NCBI GenBank assembly: GCA_036172245.1
Contig: JAYWIR010000046.1
Span: 1,116,001 to 1,180,000 of the forward strand
DNA: 64,000 nucleotides
Origin: Raillietiella orientalis
Taxonomy: Eukaryota
Direction of reading: 5' to 3'
Shown: one piece after another, positions 48,350 to 62,600 of the stretch
Layout of the letters: each line of letters begins with the position of its first letter
Numbering within the stretch: the first letter of the stretch is position 1
Translations under genes and position numbers: made by a program
Notes under the pieces: generated by a model
What the model saw: only the letters and a program-made list of their open reading frames with translations
Told to the model about the DNA's origin: nothing
The model's database searches: none

Positions 48350-48718
48350 TTTCATAGAACACTGCACATTCCAAATGATTCGGAAATTCAAATGGGAGCT
48401 TTTTGATCACCCACCTTACAGTCCTGCCTAGTGACTACCACGTCTTCCTGCACCTTAAGAAGTGGCTCAACGATTCGAGGAAAGTGAGTGGAAAACTGCA
48501 GTGCTGCTGAACTGGCTGAACTCCCAGGTGTCGCAATTTTATGCAGAGTGCTTTAAAAAACTTATTCCACGGTATCAAGGGCGTTTGGAAAAAAATGGTG
48601 ACTACGTAGAAAAAAGACACGAGTGTGTATGTGTTTAGAACCACTGATACATTTTTGTTTCTCTTATTTGTTCTTGCTTTGTATCGGATCTACCCTTACT
48701 TTTGAGAGGAGCCTCGTA
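48350..48718 (+). mobile_element. 5'-truncated Tc1/mariner (mariner-type) transposon: transposase C-terminus, 3' terminal inverted repeat and TA
   Basis: From 48375: MIRKFKWELFDHPPYSP / PSDYHVFLHLKKWL / QRFE...FYAECFKKLIPRYQGRLEKNGDYVEK (to about 48614). These are the mariner YSPDLAPSDY and GDY hallmarks, broken by small deletions. Ends in ccttacttttgagaggagcctcg-TA (to 48718), resembling a mariner terminal repeat plus TA target site. Confidence 0.92.
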
Positions 48719-51699
48719 ATTCTCACTTGGATACACGACAGGTATATGTGATGGGTTTTAAGATTTCATGCGCCCACACTAGCACAAGTAAGAGTACATA
48801 CACATGTGCACACATGTGTATGCTTGCAAAGCGGTTCTTTGTGTAATGAAAGCATTCGCCAACCGAAGAATTGCTGAAATTGCGATTGCACTCTGTTGTC
48901 AACAGCGTAATCATGTCTGTCTTCACCATATTTCACATTTTAGTGTATGCTTTCGTATCTCATCTTACTGAAATGCAACGCAGAATACTCTTCACTTTTC
49001 TACGTTGCCGTTTCGCGGCAAAGTAGAAAAGTGGAGCGTATTGTTTATTCAGCAGAAAACCGTGACGAAGAACGAGATGGAGAAATGATGCATACAAACA
49101 CTGAAAACCAGCAACCAAACAGCAACAAAAAGACACAAAACAAGTAAAGCACATGAAGGAACGACGAGCTCTGGGATTATACGAAAAGTATTTTATCAGT
49201 GGCAGTGTCCATGCTGCCCGAAAAATAAGGAAATGATTATTTAGGAATGCAATCAGACAGCTCCACTGAAGCTGTGAGTAGCTCAACTCTGTCAAGGATA
49301 CCACAATATAATTCAACCCATTTTAATGCGATCCATTAATTGTTCTAACTCCAAATCTTGGTGTCAGAGAAGGATTTTGGGGTAGTGCTGGGATGCTATT
49401 CGAAAGATTGTCTTTTGCAATCTCTATTTGTGATGTATTTACTTGATGATAGATTTGCCTTATAGTCTTTAATCTTTATGTTTCCCTACTTCGATTCAAA
49501 TTCTGCTATTAGGGATGCAAACTGTATCATATCGTGCACTGACACGTTTCATTTTGAAAGATGCATTTTATGAAATACACGAACTTTTAGTTATCGTTAT
49601 AAGATTCCAGAGAAATATTATTTCGACTGGATCAGATAAAAAGAATGCAGTTCTACTGCCCAAATCCAAAACTTTCAAGACAAAAAGCTTCCATCAGTTT
49701 CCGGACAGCATTGTTATAATTATTTGTGTTCTGAATCCATCCTAAACATCAATAAATGTCAAAGAGAGATACATCAAAACAGTCTACACGACCTGGATTT
49801 AATCATGAGAGTGTTTATTTAGCACCTTCTCATGTTCATGCTCGTGTTCATAACAAAGGGAAATTTTGAAAAGTGATCACTGCGAGGAAGACTTGAAACG
49901 TTTGTTGAGGCAAATAAGATTTTTTTTCCTTTGGTTTTGTTGCATACTTTTGTAATGGTTCTCTTCAAACTCTAATGACAGACATCATTGTAAATACATG
50001 TTGGTATACACGTAAGGGAATGTATATTCACATAAATTGTCATATGTATACATAAGCAAACGCAAATATTATGGTTACAAGATCATTGTTATTACAAAAA
50101 TAACTGCAAATTTCTATAACCTGCATATTATGAGATTCGATTTGTAAATTTAGTGGGGAAATTTTGGGGTATCCTCAACATGCTTCTGGAACCGTGTGGC
50201 ATGTGCACACATATGACAACTGTGCAATTCAAATGCTTCAAATCGAATTGATGCTTTGTTTAGTGTTCCAAATGAAGAAAATGCAATTTTTCTTGTAAAC
50301 TACGCAATAAAACCATATTTCCCTCCTCTGAGTTCTTCGATCCTTCAGAATGACATAGTAATATTATTTATGTAATATATATGCAATATGGTATGCAATG
50401 ATCATCGACATTATGAGTTTACGATTCCAAACCAAATCATTTCAGTAAAAAATCCTTTCCCTCAAAATCCTTTATTTCGTATCTTAAAATTGCAATTATT
50501 CCACTGATTTTATTTAATGGTGATGTATATCGTTTCCAAATGCTCCTTCGAAAACAATTTGAGATCGCAAAACAGCGATAAAGAGGTGACTTCGTGAATC
50601 AGGTTTTGGAGTTTGATTGTTTCCTACTAAAAGGATTGAGAAGATTCATGTGCTTCATGCCCTCTGTACTAAGACCCTTGAAAGATAAGAATAAATACTA
50701 GAATGTATTAGGGAAAAATATCAAAATTAACCCAGAGGGAGGGAAACACTCACCGAGATTCTAGAAATGTTGGGAAGAGAGCACATTGTCCTTGGTGTTT
50801 TACAAAGTAGATTGATTCCATGAAGGATATTCCCAAAGTGTAGGTCAAAGACACACAAAAGGATTGTTTTTTTGCCAATGAGAAAATTTATTGCCTCAAA
50901 ATCCATCTTTCCATATACATCGGGAAACTCAGATTAGATTGATTTCAACGATCACCCAAGATAACAATCTACTTGATTTGTGGCTGCTAAACGGAAATGA
51001 AAATTCACAGAGCCAGGACTCAACGATTTTGCATTTTTGATACAATCTTTCCGAGAATATTGAATGATGCATTGTCTCCGTATAGTTTTGTCCATTCGTT
51101 TTTTTTTTTTTTTTCATTTGTAGCTTGAGCAGTGCTTCCCAAGCGTTTCACAATCTCTCAATTCTGATGTTCGATCTTCTCATATTGAATAACGATTTCC
51201 ATACTTGTTGGCATGCTTTACTGGGTTCTCAAAATTCCAAGTAATGATGGAATTGCTCGGATTGCGATGACTATCATAACAAAAGCTAATGAACGAGACA
51301 GACATTTACTTCGAAGTGACTTTATAACGCCGTTGTTGTCCTAGGGTCACTGTGGATGCCATCAGAATAATACTCATAATAAGAATCTGTGAATGGAATC
51401 AGAGGTTTTCGTCATTTACATGCAAATGTCAGAAAGTGATCTTCAGAGTGATCACTTTCAGTTTTCCTCACTCTTATTATGTGCATTTTCTCTAGTTATC
51501 AACGTCTCAGAATGATAGAACTATGCAGTAAACAAAGTCTCTATCACAAACAGGTGATAGATGTCAATACATGATGTTTTGCATCACCATTATTACTGTT
51601 CCTTCTTGACACTTAAGAAGGAATGTTTGCTGCCTCCAGAAATGATTGCGAAATTCTGTCTGTAAATACTGGAAAAGAATGTTTTCACCGTTCGATAGT

Positions 51700-53300
51700 G
51701 CTTCACTCACAATACTGGCAAGCCTGCAGTTCCAGAATTCATGCAGCCCACAAGTTCCTTTCCTCTACAGATCGGATACTGGAATAAATCTCTTTATCAC
51801 ATGATCGAAATGAAAAAGTTGAAACGAACTTAAAAAAGGCCAGGCTCACCTCCGAAGTTAGGGAAATCTATCTCGTTGAAAAAATAAGAATACCAATTTA
51901 TTCTGTCCTTTTTCAATGAGAAATCATAGTAGAAGACATCGGTCACACAGAATTTAGTCCGATTGCGTTTTCAGTTGCATTATTTCTGCAAAAAGCTGCA
52001 TCAAAATTAGTAGAAAAGTCCAGTCCATCGTTAAGTGGATAGGAACAGCTACCCGCTATCATGAGCAATCGTCGATGCAGCATGAGTTTCCCCATGCAGT
52101 TTGCAACATATTTCACCAGACAATCCGGAAATCTTACTGTGTTAGGCAAATCCTTAAAAAGAGAAAAATGCTTCGCTTTCAGGTTCAGATGATCACAGTG
52201 AGTGAAATATAGATCCCACAAATCTTTCCAATCAATGGGTCCAATTACTTAATCCAATATGATCGCAGTTATTATTGACAAGGCTGTATTGAGAAAAAAA
52301 TTCCGCTTCCCCATGGTCTGAAGAAAAGGCAAGCAGAAAAAGTTAATCCTGTGTCCAGAATAGCAGTAAGAAGGAAACGTCAGTGCTGTTGTATTGTGAG
52401 ACTGAAAACTTGTAGGAAGTGCAAAAAGATGGCGGAAATAATATAACAAAACCAATTTCCGGATTGTCTATTTTACAAGACGGTCTTATTTGTCCAAGCA
52501 TTCCTTCAACTCAAAATCCAAGGAGTCGCAGTTGCTTTTTCTTCAGACGTTTTTATCCCTTTGAAGGAAAGAAACTGTAGTTTTTGGCTTTTCACCTTTG
52601 GGGCTAGAATCATTATATGTTTACATGTTGTCATTTGCATTTAGTTGCAGTTCTTCAACAGTTTTTTCAGCAGTTTCAAGCATTTGCCAGAGGCTGTTAC
52701 GAACGATCTTTGAAGATTTTCTTGTATCTTTATTACATCTAAAGGAAACACACTCATAAAACCACCGGCAGAAGTCAGGATTGTGGCAGGAGGTGTAGAT
52801 TGTAGAGGACGCAGATGGAGGTTTTCCTAGTAGTCGCAATCATCTGAAGGCAACACACACGGTTATGGGAAAAACGGATTACCGTGCTTAACTTACTTTA
52901 AAGGAGTCTCTGACTTCGAAGTTCTTGAGCAAAAACGGATGTTGCTCTCCTTTCCCTTGTAAATGTGGCTGAATGTATTCTGTTAGTAATATCATTGACG
53001 ATTGCCGACAGAAGAAATTCTAATTTCCATTCGATTAACATTAGTCTTTTTTGTATCATATCCACTTAATTAGAAACTGGACATGCAAGCCCGTGTAACT
53101 TCAGTTTATTTATGTGACGTCCTTGCCTTTCTATATCCGTGCATCCTAGAGAAACCATGCGGCATCTATCTCTCTTCTGGAGCTTCCAGATTTCTGGAAA
53201 GTAGCTATGAAGGTACATCGACCTCAGTTTAATACTACTTTGATAAGCCTGACTCAGTCTTTCGCAACTTACTAGAGATTTCCGAAAACAGTAACGGTTG
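51700..53300 (-). mobile_element. Decayed CR1-like LINE ORF2 fragment
   Basis: HNPDFCRWFY (~NPK.FW.Y); LNTALSII (~NYRPISI); LDFSTNFD (about 52003-52026, ~LDFSKAFD). Confidence 0.5.
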
Positions 53301-53399
53301 GTCACCTGCTTTTCACATCAGAATCAACACGCCAGCATTGATTAAAGGAAATCCAGAATACTTAGAATAAGAATTATCTGCTGGATTGTAGATGAGACT

Positions 53400-54530
53400 C
53401 CAGGCAACAGAATTCCCAATTACCCCGCAGCTGCGTCGAGCAGTACTACTGGAGTCTAGAGAAGCTTTTTTAAAGATGCCACAGATGGAGTAATTGTTCG
53501 AAAAAGGAGGGTTCTGGAGAGGTAGGCAAAAAGATTTAGGTTTCGAATTTTGCTTCCGGCTTGGCGTTCTTCGGAACCCATATCAAACCAGCTTTCTGGA
53601 ATTCAAAACGCATTGTGAAAAAATGAAGGAGACGTTCCAAGAAAGGATTGCAGATAAAACCAAAATAGAGCCAAACAGAGCAGTTGAATACTAGAGAAAG
53701 GATTCGGTTTCGGAAAAATATCTGAGTAAACTAGGTGAAGCACTCTTTCGGACGATTACTCATTCTTTGGCGGAAGATGGCGGGATATGGAAACGAGAGT
53801 TTTGAGATTGCCAGCAGAAATTAGATGAACTATGGTAGATGAGAGAAAACCACAGCGAAGAGTGAATGGAAATCTCAGAATCTCAAGATTTTATGAACTT
53901 TCAATGTCGCACATTGACTATATAGCTTGTAATGTATAAGCAAATGATAGTAATTAAGGCTTGTTAACTTTGATGGAGAAAGGCTCGAAGAAAAGATCCA
54001 TTTCCGACCTGAAGGTACGGGGGAAAAAAGCATAAGAAATTAATAAAATTCCTACCTAAAGAGATTCAACAGATGGCGGTTTTCTCTCCAGAGACAAAGT
54101 CTGAATAGAGGGAAAAAGCTACTTTTGATGCTAATGTAAGAAGGAAGCTCTGTGAGGATAGAATGATGCTAATCATTTCTAAAATGGCCTCAACAGTCAC
54201 GCATTTTACAAGTTTAGCAGATGCCGAAGACACAAAATGAAGGGTGTGGAAAGGAGGGAGGCATGGAGAAAACAAAATGACAACGAAAGGGCGAAGCTGA
54301 GTGAAGTATCCATCAGAGATCCTTGCACCTGGCTCTAAAAACAGGAGAACAGGAAAATCTTTTAAATTCATTTTCATTCATTTCAAGTTTCTTTGGAATT
54401 GAATTTTCAAAGAAAATTCATTTTCCAGCATCTGTTCTGAAACAGATGACAAGGAATCTGAGATTTCGAGCTTGAACAACAAAGATATGACCAGATATTG
54501 GAGGGGAAATCATGTTGACAAGTAGTCAAA
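53400..54530 (+). mobile_element. Possible decayed CR1-like LINE linker fragment
   Basis: FEKGGF..GR..L (~Y.KGD...R..L); FLEFKTHCEKMKETF (~W..FK......F). In-frame stops. Confidence 0.35.
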
Positions 54531-55149
54531 CGTCTAGGAGCAAAAGGAACGACAGCGACTAAATGTTGTTTGTTGTATGAAGTTGTGAAGAAAAAAAAAA
54601 AGGAAAAAACTTGAACGACTTTTGGTTAGTTGTTCTTGAGGTTTGGTTATAGAAAACTTCCTTTGGATTAAGAAACGGAATACGCAAACGCATAAAAAAT
54701 CACGTGGAAAGTTTTAAAAGAATTGCCAATTCTCACGAAATTGTTGATGAAGAAAAGTGAAATCCGCAGAACATTTGCCCAAGAAGCGCACTCACTTCCT
54801 CGCCTTAAGTGATGATGGCACGAACATTTTCGAAGTTGCAAAGATTATTTTAAACCTTCATCAAATTAGCTGCATAGTAGCAAATTCGGGTGCCCATACA
54901 ATTGCTCTTTATTTTCATTATGAATTTATCCACGGGAAGAAAGATGTTTCCTGCTGATCTGATAAAGAAATAGATCATCGCTTAGAGAAAGAAAAAGCAT
55001 GGAACTCATAGATATATTAACTCGAAAACTTATAGATATATTCATGAGGAACCAATAAATTGCTCTAGAGCGTGGATGCAAGTTGTAATAATAGTAGAAG
55101 TGCATTCTAATGAAGACATGTTGAGAAAGCAGAGGAATGAGGTATCGGA

Positions 55150-55991
55150 TTTCGAAAGGAAGGCAGACGTGACAACATTTTCATTTCCTGAATCAATTCC
55201 AGGAAGTATTTACTTGAGTATTCATTAATGTGAAACAAGTTGGTGGCATGATACATGGCACATTATCCGATCTCCTTAAAGGTGACTGGAAACAGCTCTC
55301 CTTCCATTGAGTAGCGTAAACGACAGCGGACACAGAAACTAATGAAGTCATCTAGAGAATGGCCATCGTTTGGTGATTCAGAAAAATGTGCATTAGATCA
55401 TGTGGGTTTAGTAAGTGCTTTTATCTTTTTTTTCTGCAACGCCGTTGGCAGAAGAAAGTTAATGGTGTTTCACTAAAGAACTGCACACGTAAGTGCCCAC
55501 AGTCTATCATTCGATCATCTTCGGATGCCTTCTAAATAATCCATGCATAATCGCTTAATGGAAAACAATGCATATCTTCTATCTTGCATGCTGCGTCCTG
55601 CTCTCCGGGTGTCTGAAACATCGAAGATAAACAAAAGATTGCTGGATACAGCTGGAAAAATTGAGTAGAAATCCTTTATTTTGAACGAAGCATCTCGAAA
55701 AAAGTCAGAATCCGAAAAGAATGGCTTCCACGGATCCCCTTTTAAACTTAGGAAGAAAGATTCATATGATTCGATAGGCAATTCTTTACATTGCCCTGGA
55801 AGCAAAGGGAACCTCAAGTGGAACACCACTTGAATAAACGGCTCGAAAACGAGAAGCCTCAGATAAGGATTTGGATCTGGAATTGTATAAAATTCGATTT
55901 CACAATATGGGATTCCGCACTGAAGTTCTAAATGGCATGCCTGTCCAACCTTTGGCATCTCCGCAATCATTACGTGTAGCATTGCTGTCAT
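55150..55991 (-). mobile_element. Decayed CR1-like LINE RT fragment (contains ORF 55515..55991)
   Basis: PDPNPYLRLL (~GPD.I.PR.L); LPGQCKE (~LP..WK.); LKGDP (~KKGD); YALFSIKRLCMDYL (~QHGF...RSC.TNL). Confidence 0.55.
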
Positions 55992-56999
55992 AACTTTATA
56001 AACTCATTGGAGTCATTAATTCTAAATGAAAAAATGTTGAAGAGGTCTGGTCTCGGTTGAAAAATTCTGGATTGAAGGCATTGTAGCAAGGTTCACCTTG
56101 GAAATTAAGACTGAACGAAACTAAGATCCGAATTTCTCCATGTGAGACAACATGCTTGCGTATCAAAGATCTCGATTATATAAAGCGCTTGATCTTCGGA
56201 AAAACTACTCCCATATTGTCCGGTCCAACTTCGAATGCATTTGTTATATCACTGCATGCAATTTCATGAACATCTGATTCCCTTTGGAGATCTGGTTCCG
56301 AGCGAATGTCTCCAGAGCAGTGGGTTGAATGGTTTTTGTGCACTGATGATATCAAAGAACGCAGTGATTGCGCGGTTTACTGCCAAATTTATATCTTACA
56401 AAGAAGAATGTTGGTGAAAAATAACCTAATGTTCCTCAAGCTTGAGTAATTTTAAAACTTCTACCATTCCAAGATGAATTATTGTACTTAATGATAATAA
56501 AGAATAGGAATGAGCATGAAAGGTATTCAGCACTCTGGTCTACGATACTCAATTTACGATTTTCCACAAGATCGACAACCTCGTATAAATAAACAGGAGA
56601 ATTCTTGTCAACTCCTGCTAACTTTTTAAATTTATATTTTAAATGGAATCCTCAATCATCATTGAAAGTACCTTCTCCCGAAAACTATGAACATGAGTAT
56701 GTGGCAGTCCAAGGAAAGTTTTGGGATATCTGTTTGGCAATACTTGTTGTCTAAGATGACACCACAGTACCACAATTTATAGTTGCAGCTGTGAAAGCCT
56801 AGCTCTTTTGAGAAACTTCGAAAGTAACTTTTCTGAAGCTCCTATACAATTACAGAGCACGATTGGGAAGCTTAGTAGCAGTTTTTGTGGTCTCATTCCA
56901 GTTTCGAATGATTAATATCTTTGTGATCTGGTAGAATTGAGGGCACAAAACAGAGGATCTTTCCGCTTCGTCTCAAAGATGAATTCGCCTCAAGGCAGA

Positions 57000-57600
57000 A
57001 AATTGCTTTCGCTGTTGATATATGATGATTTTTCACAAGCACTTTTATTATTTAAATTTACGTATTTCCTCCACTAACCTGTTTCTCGTTTTCTTTGGTT
57101 ATCATTTATTCCAACAAATTTATTCCTTGCGGGCTGGAGAAACTAAATTTCTCCAACCCGCAAGGGGTTGCATTCTTTATTCCACGCCACATTAAAGACT
57201 CTAGGGTTCGACACAAATTTCGTCATCATACTCTTCATCTAATGGCATTTTCAACTTTATCGTGTCTAGTCGAATAGAGTCCATGTCATCTACCGCAGCT
57301 CTCTACATGTCAAGAATTATCCATCTATGCTGATCCGGTTTGCTGATCACTCGTGTAGTGTGTTCCTTTCATTTGCAGTAATGCTCCACAAAAAAAGTGC
57401 TAAGAGACTTTCTACTTCTACTCCTCGAGCACTTTCGGATATACTAATTGCTGTGCGTTTGTAAATACTAACGGAGTCTTCTTTGGAAAGAGCATATTTG
57501 CATGGTCTTGTCACCTGCCAACATCACACAACGTTAAGGTGTATGCTGGTCGTCCTCGTCCTGGTCTACTTTGGTCACTTTACTTACAAACTGCCGAAAT
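57000..57600 (+). mobile_element. Possible decayed LINE endonuclease fragment
   Basis: SNPQGVAFFIPRHI (~S.GVAI.I) followed by SIYADP (~NIYAP). Confidence 0.4.
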
Positions 57601-57904
57601 TTATTATTTTTGGAATAATAAGTTTCCTATTATAGTTTTTGTTCCCAAACAAAAACTTTGTATTACTGATTTTTAGAACTTGAATATTGGAATGATAGGA
57701 TACGTTGTGCAATAATTGTTAACCACTTACATATTTATCTTTTCTTGCTGTTTGTGAAAATATATGTTTCTGGAAAACTTCGATACCGGACTCCAAAAGG
57801 AGAAAAGACCACTCCCCTGCTCCTTGTGATTCAAAGTTTCCGCAAATTCTGCATCTTTGTGTTTAATTATTGAACTCCTGTAAGAACTATAGGTAATTAA
57901 ACAA

Positions 57905-57953
57905 TTTTAATGGATCATTTAATGGATCATTTTAATGGATTCTGGATCATTTT
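57905..57953. repeat. Short tandem duplication (aatggatcattt, about 3.5 copies)
   Basis: ttttaatggatcatttaatggatcattttaatggattctggatcatttt seen directly. Confidence 0.85.
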
Positions 57954-58299
57954 GGTAAGGTCTGCTCTATGATCTTGCCTTATGTGTTGTGAAATTTCCT
58001 TTGCTATGAATGTCTCAAGAAAGGAAACCTTGCTGAAGTCAAAGACAGGTCATCATTTGCTGCAAACTACAGTTTTCTCGGTTGGATTCTGGATATCAAA
58101 CCATCTGGATGTTCTTAGATATTACAAGGTATGGTGACAAACATGTATGATGAAATCGCTTGCATGCAAATATTCCCTTATGTGTTTTGTATTTGCCATC
58201 TTTTCATCTCTTGCCTACCGCATGATTCCGCGTTCACAGGAAGGCGAAAGAAGTTGTGGCTGAAAGTGAAGCCTGCGCAACTCATGTTCCACTGGGGAT

Positions 58300-59100
58300 T
58301 TCGTGCCATAATGCACTGCATCTGGTATTACTGTTTCATGTTACTCTAAATGGAAGGAGATGCCGAAATTTTTTTTGTAGATCGGGAAGACATGGCAAGA
58401 TTTTCGGATTTGCGAAGCGATACAGGATTGTAATGACAGAAGAGATAGAGTAAAAGCAAGTTTACTGTTTCCGATTATTAATGCTCTGAGCAGTAATAAT
58501 CGGAAACACATCACATTCTTTGACAAGCGTTTGTGATGAATAAAAAGGAGCTTTTGTGAAGCCTCTTTAAAATTTCGTGCCTAGCAAGCAAAGGTGGGGA
58601 GTCGGTAAGAGTGGAAATTCCGGAAATTCATGCTGAAAAAAAAAAAAATTCCTGATAAGAAATTCCTTTGCCCTCTGATTTGAACTGTTCCTGAATTGTT
58701 TCATCTTGAAAAATATCGAGAAATCAACTTGTGAAAGATAAATCCATCAAGTACGAAAAACGCTGAGGTGATCCATCATGTTTCCACCTAAGCTTAGACG
58801 CTTCAAAGAAGCCTAGTACATAATGAAATCAAGAAACCCTACGTGCATCCAGAGGACACAGGGTGTGAATCTTGTACAGGGCGTGGTCGTCTCAGGAGGT
58901 GGCTATTCTTCTCTTGTAAGAGTCTAGAGCCAAACCAGAATTCCAAAATCCTTCAGACGAGAGCACGAAATGGCTAGACGCAAGCCTTCGAAAGGATGAC
59001 AAGGTCGTTCTTTTGACATTTTTGATTGCTCGCATCAAGTTTTTACTCCTCACAACCTCAAACATTCTTCTAGTAGATGTGAGCGGCACATCCTTAGGCA
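58300..59100 (-). mobile_element. Possible decayed L1/Tx1-like RT start
   Basis: NLMRAIKNVKRTTLSSFRRLASSHF...GFW ~ EL..AIK.M...KSPG.DGL..EFY..FW. Confidence 0.35.
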
Positions 59101-61899
59101 TAGTTAGGACCTCCTAGTGAGTGTGTCTCTTCAAGAATCTGTTCTGTATTGCTTTCAATACTTCTCAGCTTCATTTTAGTGAGTAGAAACTTATCTCAAA
59201 AAAAAAAAAAGGTTAGCAACGACAAAAGCAGGAATTTTCTTAACGCTGTTAAAAAAAATGAAAATCAAAAAAAGATGAATGCGAAAGAGTTTCTACGCCT
59301 TCACTGAGGAAACTAAACATGGACTATGGTTTTTTTTTTCTTCCTCTCTTGCTAAACATGATTTCAGAGAAAGCTATTCATAAATCTGACGTTTATACTA
59401 GGAAGTATCTACTTGATACTGTTATATTTCATGACCTGTCTCATATATGCATTTTATTGCTCAGTGGGAGTTCATTGCTATTTTCTTTCTATTCTCAATT
59501 GGAAGTCAACCCGTTTATTTTTTAAAACCACATCCTCATTCCTCATCTAATGACTGATAGCACTTTATGCTAAAATCTATGATGTGCCGCCATGCCATCC
59601 TTGGAACACGTGTTTCAGCACTGCCAAATCAGCGTCAACAATTTTCTTTTTTATGCTCCTATCAAATGCTAACTGCTGATTCATGTTAAAACCTGCACGT
59701 GTACAGCATTCAAATTGTCGGTGCCTGACTGCATGAGATTCGAAGTTCTTTCGTCGTGAACTCGGTTTCCCAATCGATTTGGCTGCAATTTAGTCTAAAG
59801 TGCACGCGCACACGGTTTTCACCTCGATTCAAGAACAGTTTCATCTTGAGTCCTTCGCTTTCCAGTAACCCCAGGGTGCTTTAAAATGTATCACTATGGA
59901 CGAAATGTTTTGCTTCATCTGCACAGTTTGCATGTCTACAATAATAATAGCAACATGAATATTCTTATAATGGCAACAGTAGCAACACACAACAATCAAA
60001 TGCAAACAGTTGTATGCTGTGAAGCATTTACGCTGCTTCTGTTTTTCTCGTGGTACAAAAATCAAGGCATTATCTCCATTTATCCTGAAGAGTTCATTAA
60101 GGTGTGTCGATGGCAAAATAAGTAGGCAGGTCCTGTATTCCGCTACTTCTTGTACTGCTCTATTGGAATGAAAGTTTGGCTCAATTCCTTTCTTTCTTGC
60201 ATCCCACCAAAACAAAGAGAACTTAAGAATAAAATCGACGCAGATGGAGCAGTTGGCTCCCAAAGTAAAGCAATTCAAGGGAAAAACTGAGTCACAGCTT
60301 GGTTCATCTGCCATGGCTTTCCAGTAGGGTTACTTGCTTCATCCAGCAAACATTTTTGGTTCATCGATAGCTCCATAGGAAATTCCACTTTTTTGTTAAA
60401 CCTAGTTAAAAGGGATCGAAAAATAGGCCATGATCCTTTCGTCATACTTAGATTTCGAAGACATATTATTAAACTGATTGAACTCTGAATTCAAGATTTG
60501 AACACCGCCTGTAATCTGACATGGTTATAAATAATCATACTCAATCAATTTTGCGATCATCTATGATGTGAAGTATAAGCGAAGTTGAAAAGAATACTTG
60601 AAAAGAACACTTAACCGGTTCCCAATTATTTTTCATAGAGTATTACACGCTGGCACCAGGAAGTCAAGGTACATTCATTTACCTTCTCTTGCAATCATGG
60701 CTCATCTCACGGTTATAAGCAGTTCATAGTCCTGAAATGTCTTGCTACTGCTGTGGAGTTTTCTTCGTCAATTCTGGACCGCAGAGTTGTAAACTTTGTT
60801 GGCATTAAGATATCTGCGAGCTCCTCGATTTTGTCTTCGAGAAAGCTGCGGCGAAACAGCAATCGGCGAATCTGCGTTTAGTAATGATTGCGCGGACCAC
60901 TCAGAGCCAGTCATAACTCATAACTCAAAGTCGGCAATCGAGACAGAAAAGTGAGAGATATTGTTCTTCTTCAGACAAACGTATCTCATCAGGGCGGGAT
61001 GACTTTCCTGTAGAAAGACTCGCCCTCCTGTGACCTACTAGATACTGTACGAGGAGGCAGCATGTCGCCCAATTCCCGAAACATTACTCCGCACCGGCTG
61101 GTCGTGATCACGCATGCGAGGACATTGGGAATTTCCCCTAGAATTCTTTTTTTTTTGCATTCGATGTGAAAAAGATCTCCTGTGGTCTCTCGAATTACTT
61201 CTCAATTGATTTATTGATTTATATCCTCGTTTTCATATTAGTTGCCATAACAATCTCATCTGTAACAAAGATTGGAGCAGTATACATGAAGGCAACGTAT
61301 TTTATGTGATGCTCGCTGGGCCTCAATGACCAATGCAAGGAGTGAGTTCCTGAGAAAGAATAGAAAAATGTGCTTTGTGGACAAACGTCATTACTATGGA
61401 AAGAATTTGATTTGCAACGTTTTACTTTTATTTTTTGGGAAATCGAATGAGAAAATCACATTTTAGTTCACTTTCAGGACTGCTGGGAAACGGATTTGTA
61501 CGCGAATTCTCTCTGGGACGGACTTCATTTTTCTCATATCCTTTCGAGGAACTCCACTCCGGTAGGAAATTGTTTTTCACTGCATTTCAAGAAGTAGTTG
61601 AATTTTGTTTTGTGTCTCTACTTTCCGAAAACGTCCTTGGATACACTGGAATGATAAGGATGCACTGCCCCAGTACGTGTCAAGGAAGATAAACTCCAAA
61701 ATCTCTTCCTTCAAGCGCTGGCAATGCTATTTACTAGGAAAAATCATGCCTCCTATAATCCTGCTTACAGTTTCTATTAGCGATGCACATACATTGCTCC
61801 GCAACACAAGTAATTTTAATGGACAGTATTCATAGTACAGCTTCTTTCAAGCTGGAAAGCATGTGAACTACTCTATCAATGGCAAAGCAATGTATTGGG

Positions 61900-62600
61900 G
61901 CTGCACTACTGCTAGAAGGATAAACAGTATCCTATCGAGATCTCATGAACCTCTGTGCAAGTTTTGAACGACAATGCCCAACTTAGACAGCCATCTTCTC
62001 CACTTCCAGCTGATTGCAATGATTAGCTGGAGTATCTAGCCAGAAAAGTTGAATCCTTAAATATGGCGAACCTCGTAGTGCTTCCTAAATGGAACAACGA
62101 GAATGGCACTCACGTCGTAGCTGATACTCCAAAAGATGAACTGCTTGTGATGGATTCCAAGTAAAGGTAGCAGTTCTCGTTGAAGTAGTGCTTATGTATT
62201 CGGATTCAAGTATTTTGATCCCTGCCGAAGCTTGGAAAGTGCTGATGCACTACATTTGCAAACAGGAAATCCACCTGATGTTTCTAACTTTAGTAAGCTT
62301 CTGCTATTTTTTAAGCAATTTTTGAAGCTGATATCAGTTTGCATCATTGCTCCGTTAGCTTTACAAGAAGCCAGCTCAGGAATCAAAAGACAATGCTGAT
62401 GTTCATGAGAAAGAGATGTTTACTATTTGGAGGGCAAAGGTTCGCTCTGATTTTTTTTGGCACGGCCATTCTTGGATCATGGCTAAACAAAGTCGATGAA
62501 ATGGATAAACTATATGTTTTTATCTTGTATGATAGCTTGTCGCCTTCTCTCAGTCCAGCATGATGACTTTTCATAATGAAACAGCCATATAAAAGAGATT
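61900..62600 (+). mobile_element. Possible decayed L1/Tx1-like RT fragment
   Basis: SLNMANLVVLPK (about 62054-62090) ~ S.N...I.LIPK; SLPKLG...TFANRK ~ LP.II...F..GR. Confidence 0.35.

Noticed and set aside
55515..55991. Host exon with a Walker B-like LLFIFD motif
   Set aside because: No Walker A or splice context was found. The ORF is better explained as a CR1-like RT remnant.
59841..60900. Membrane-protein exon or other host gene remnant
   Set aside because: The hydrophobic stretch is interrupted by stops, with no consistent frame or recognisable family. Left unassigned.
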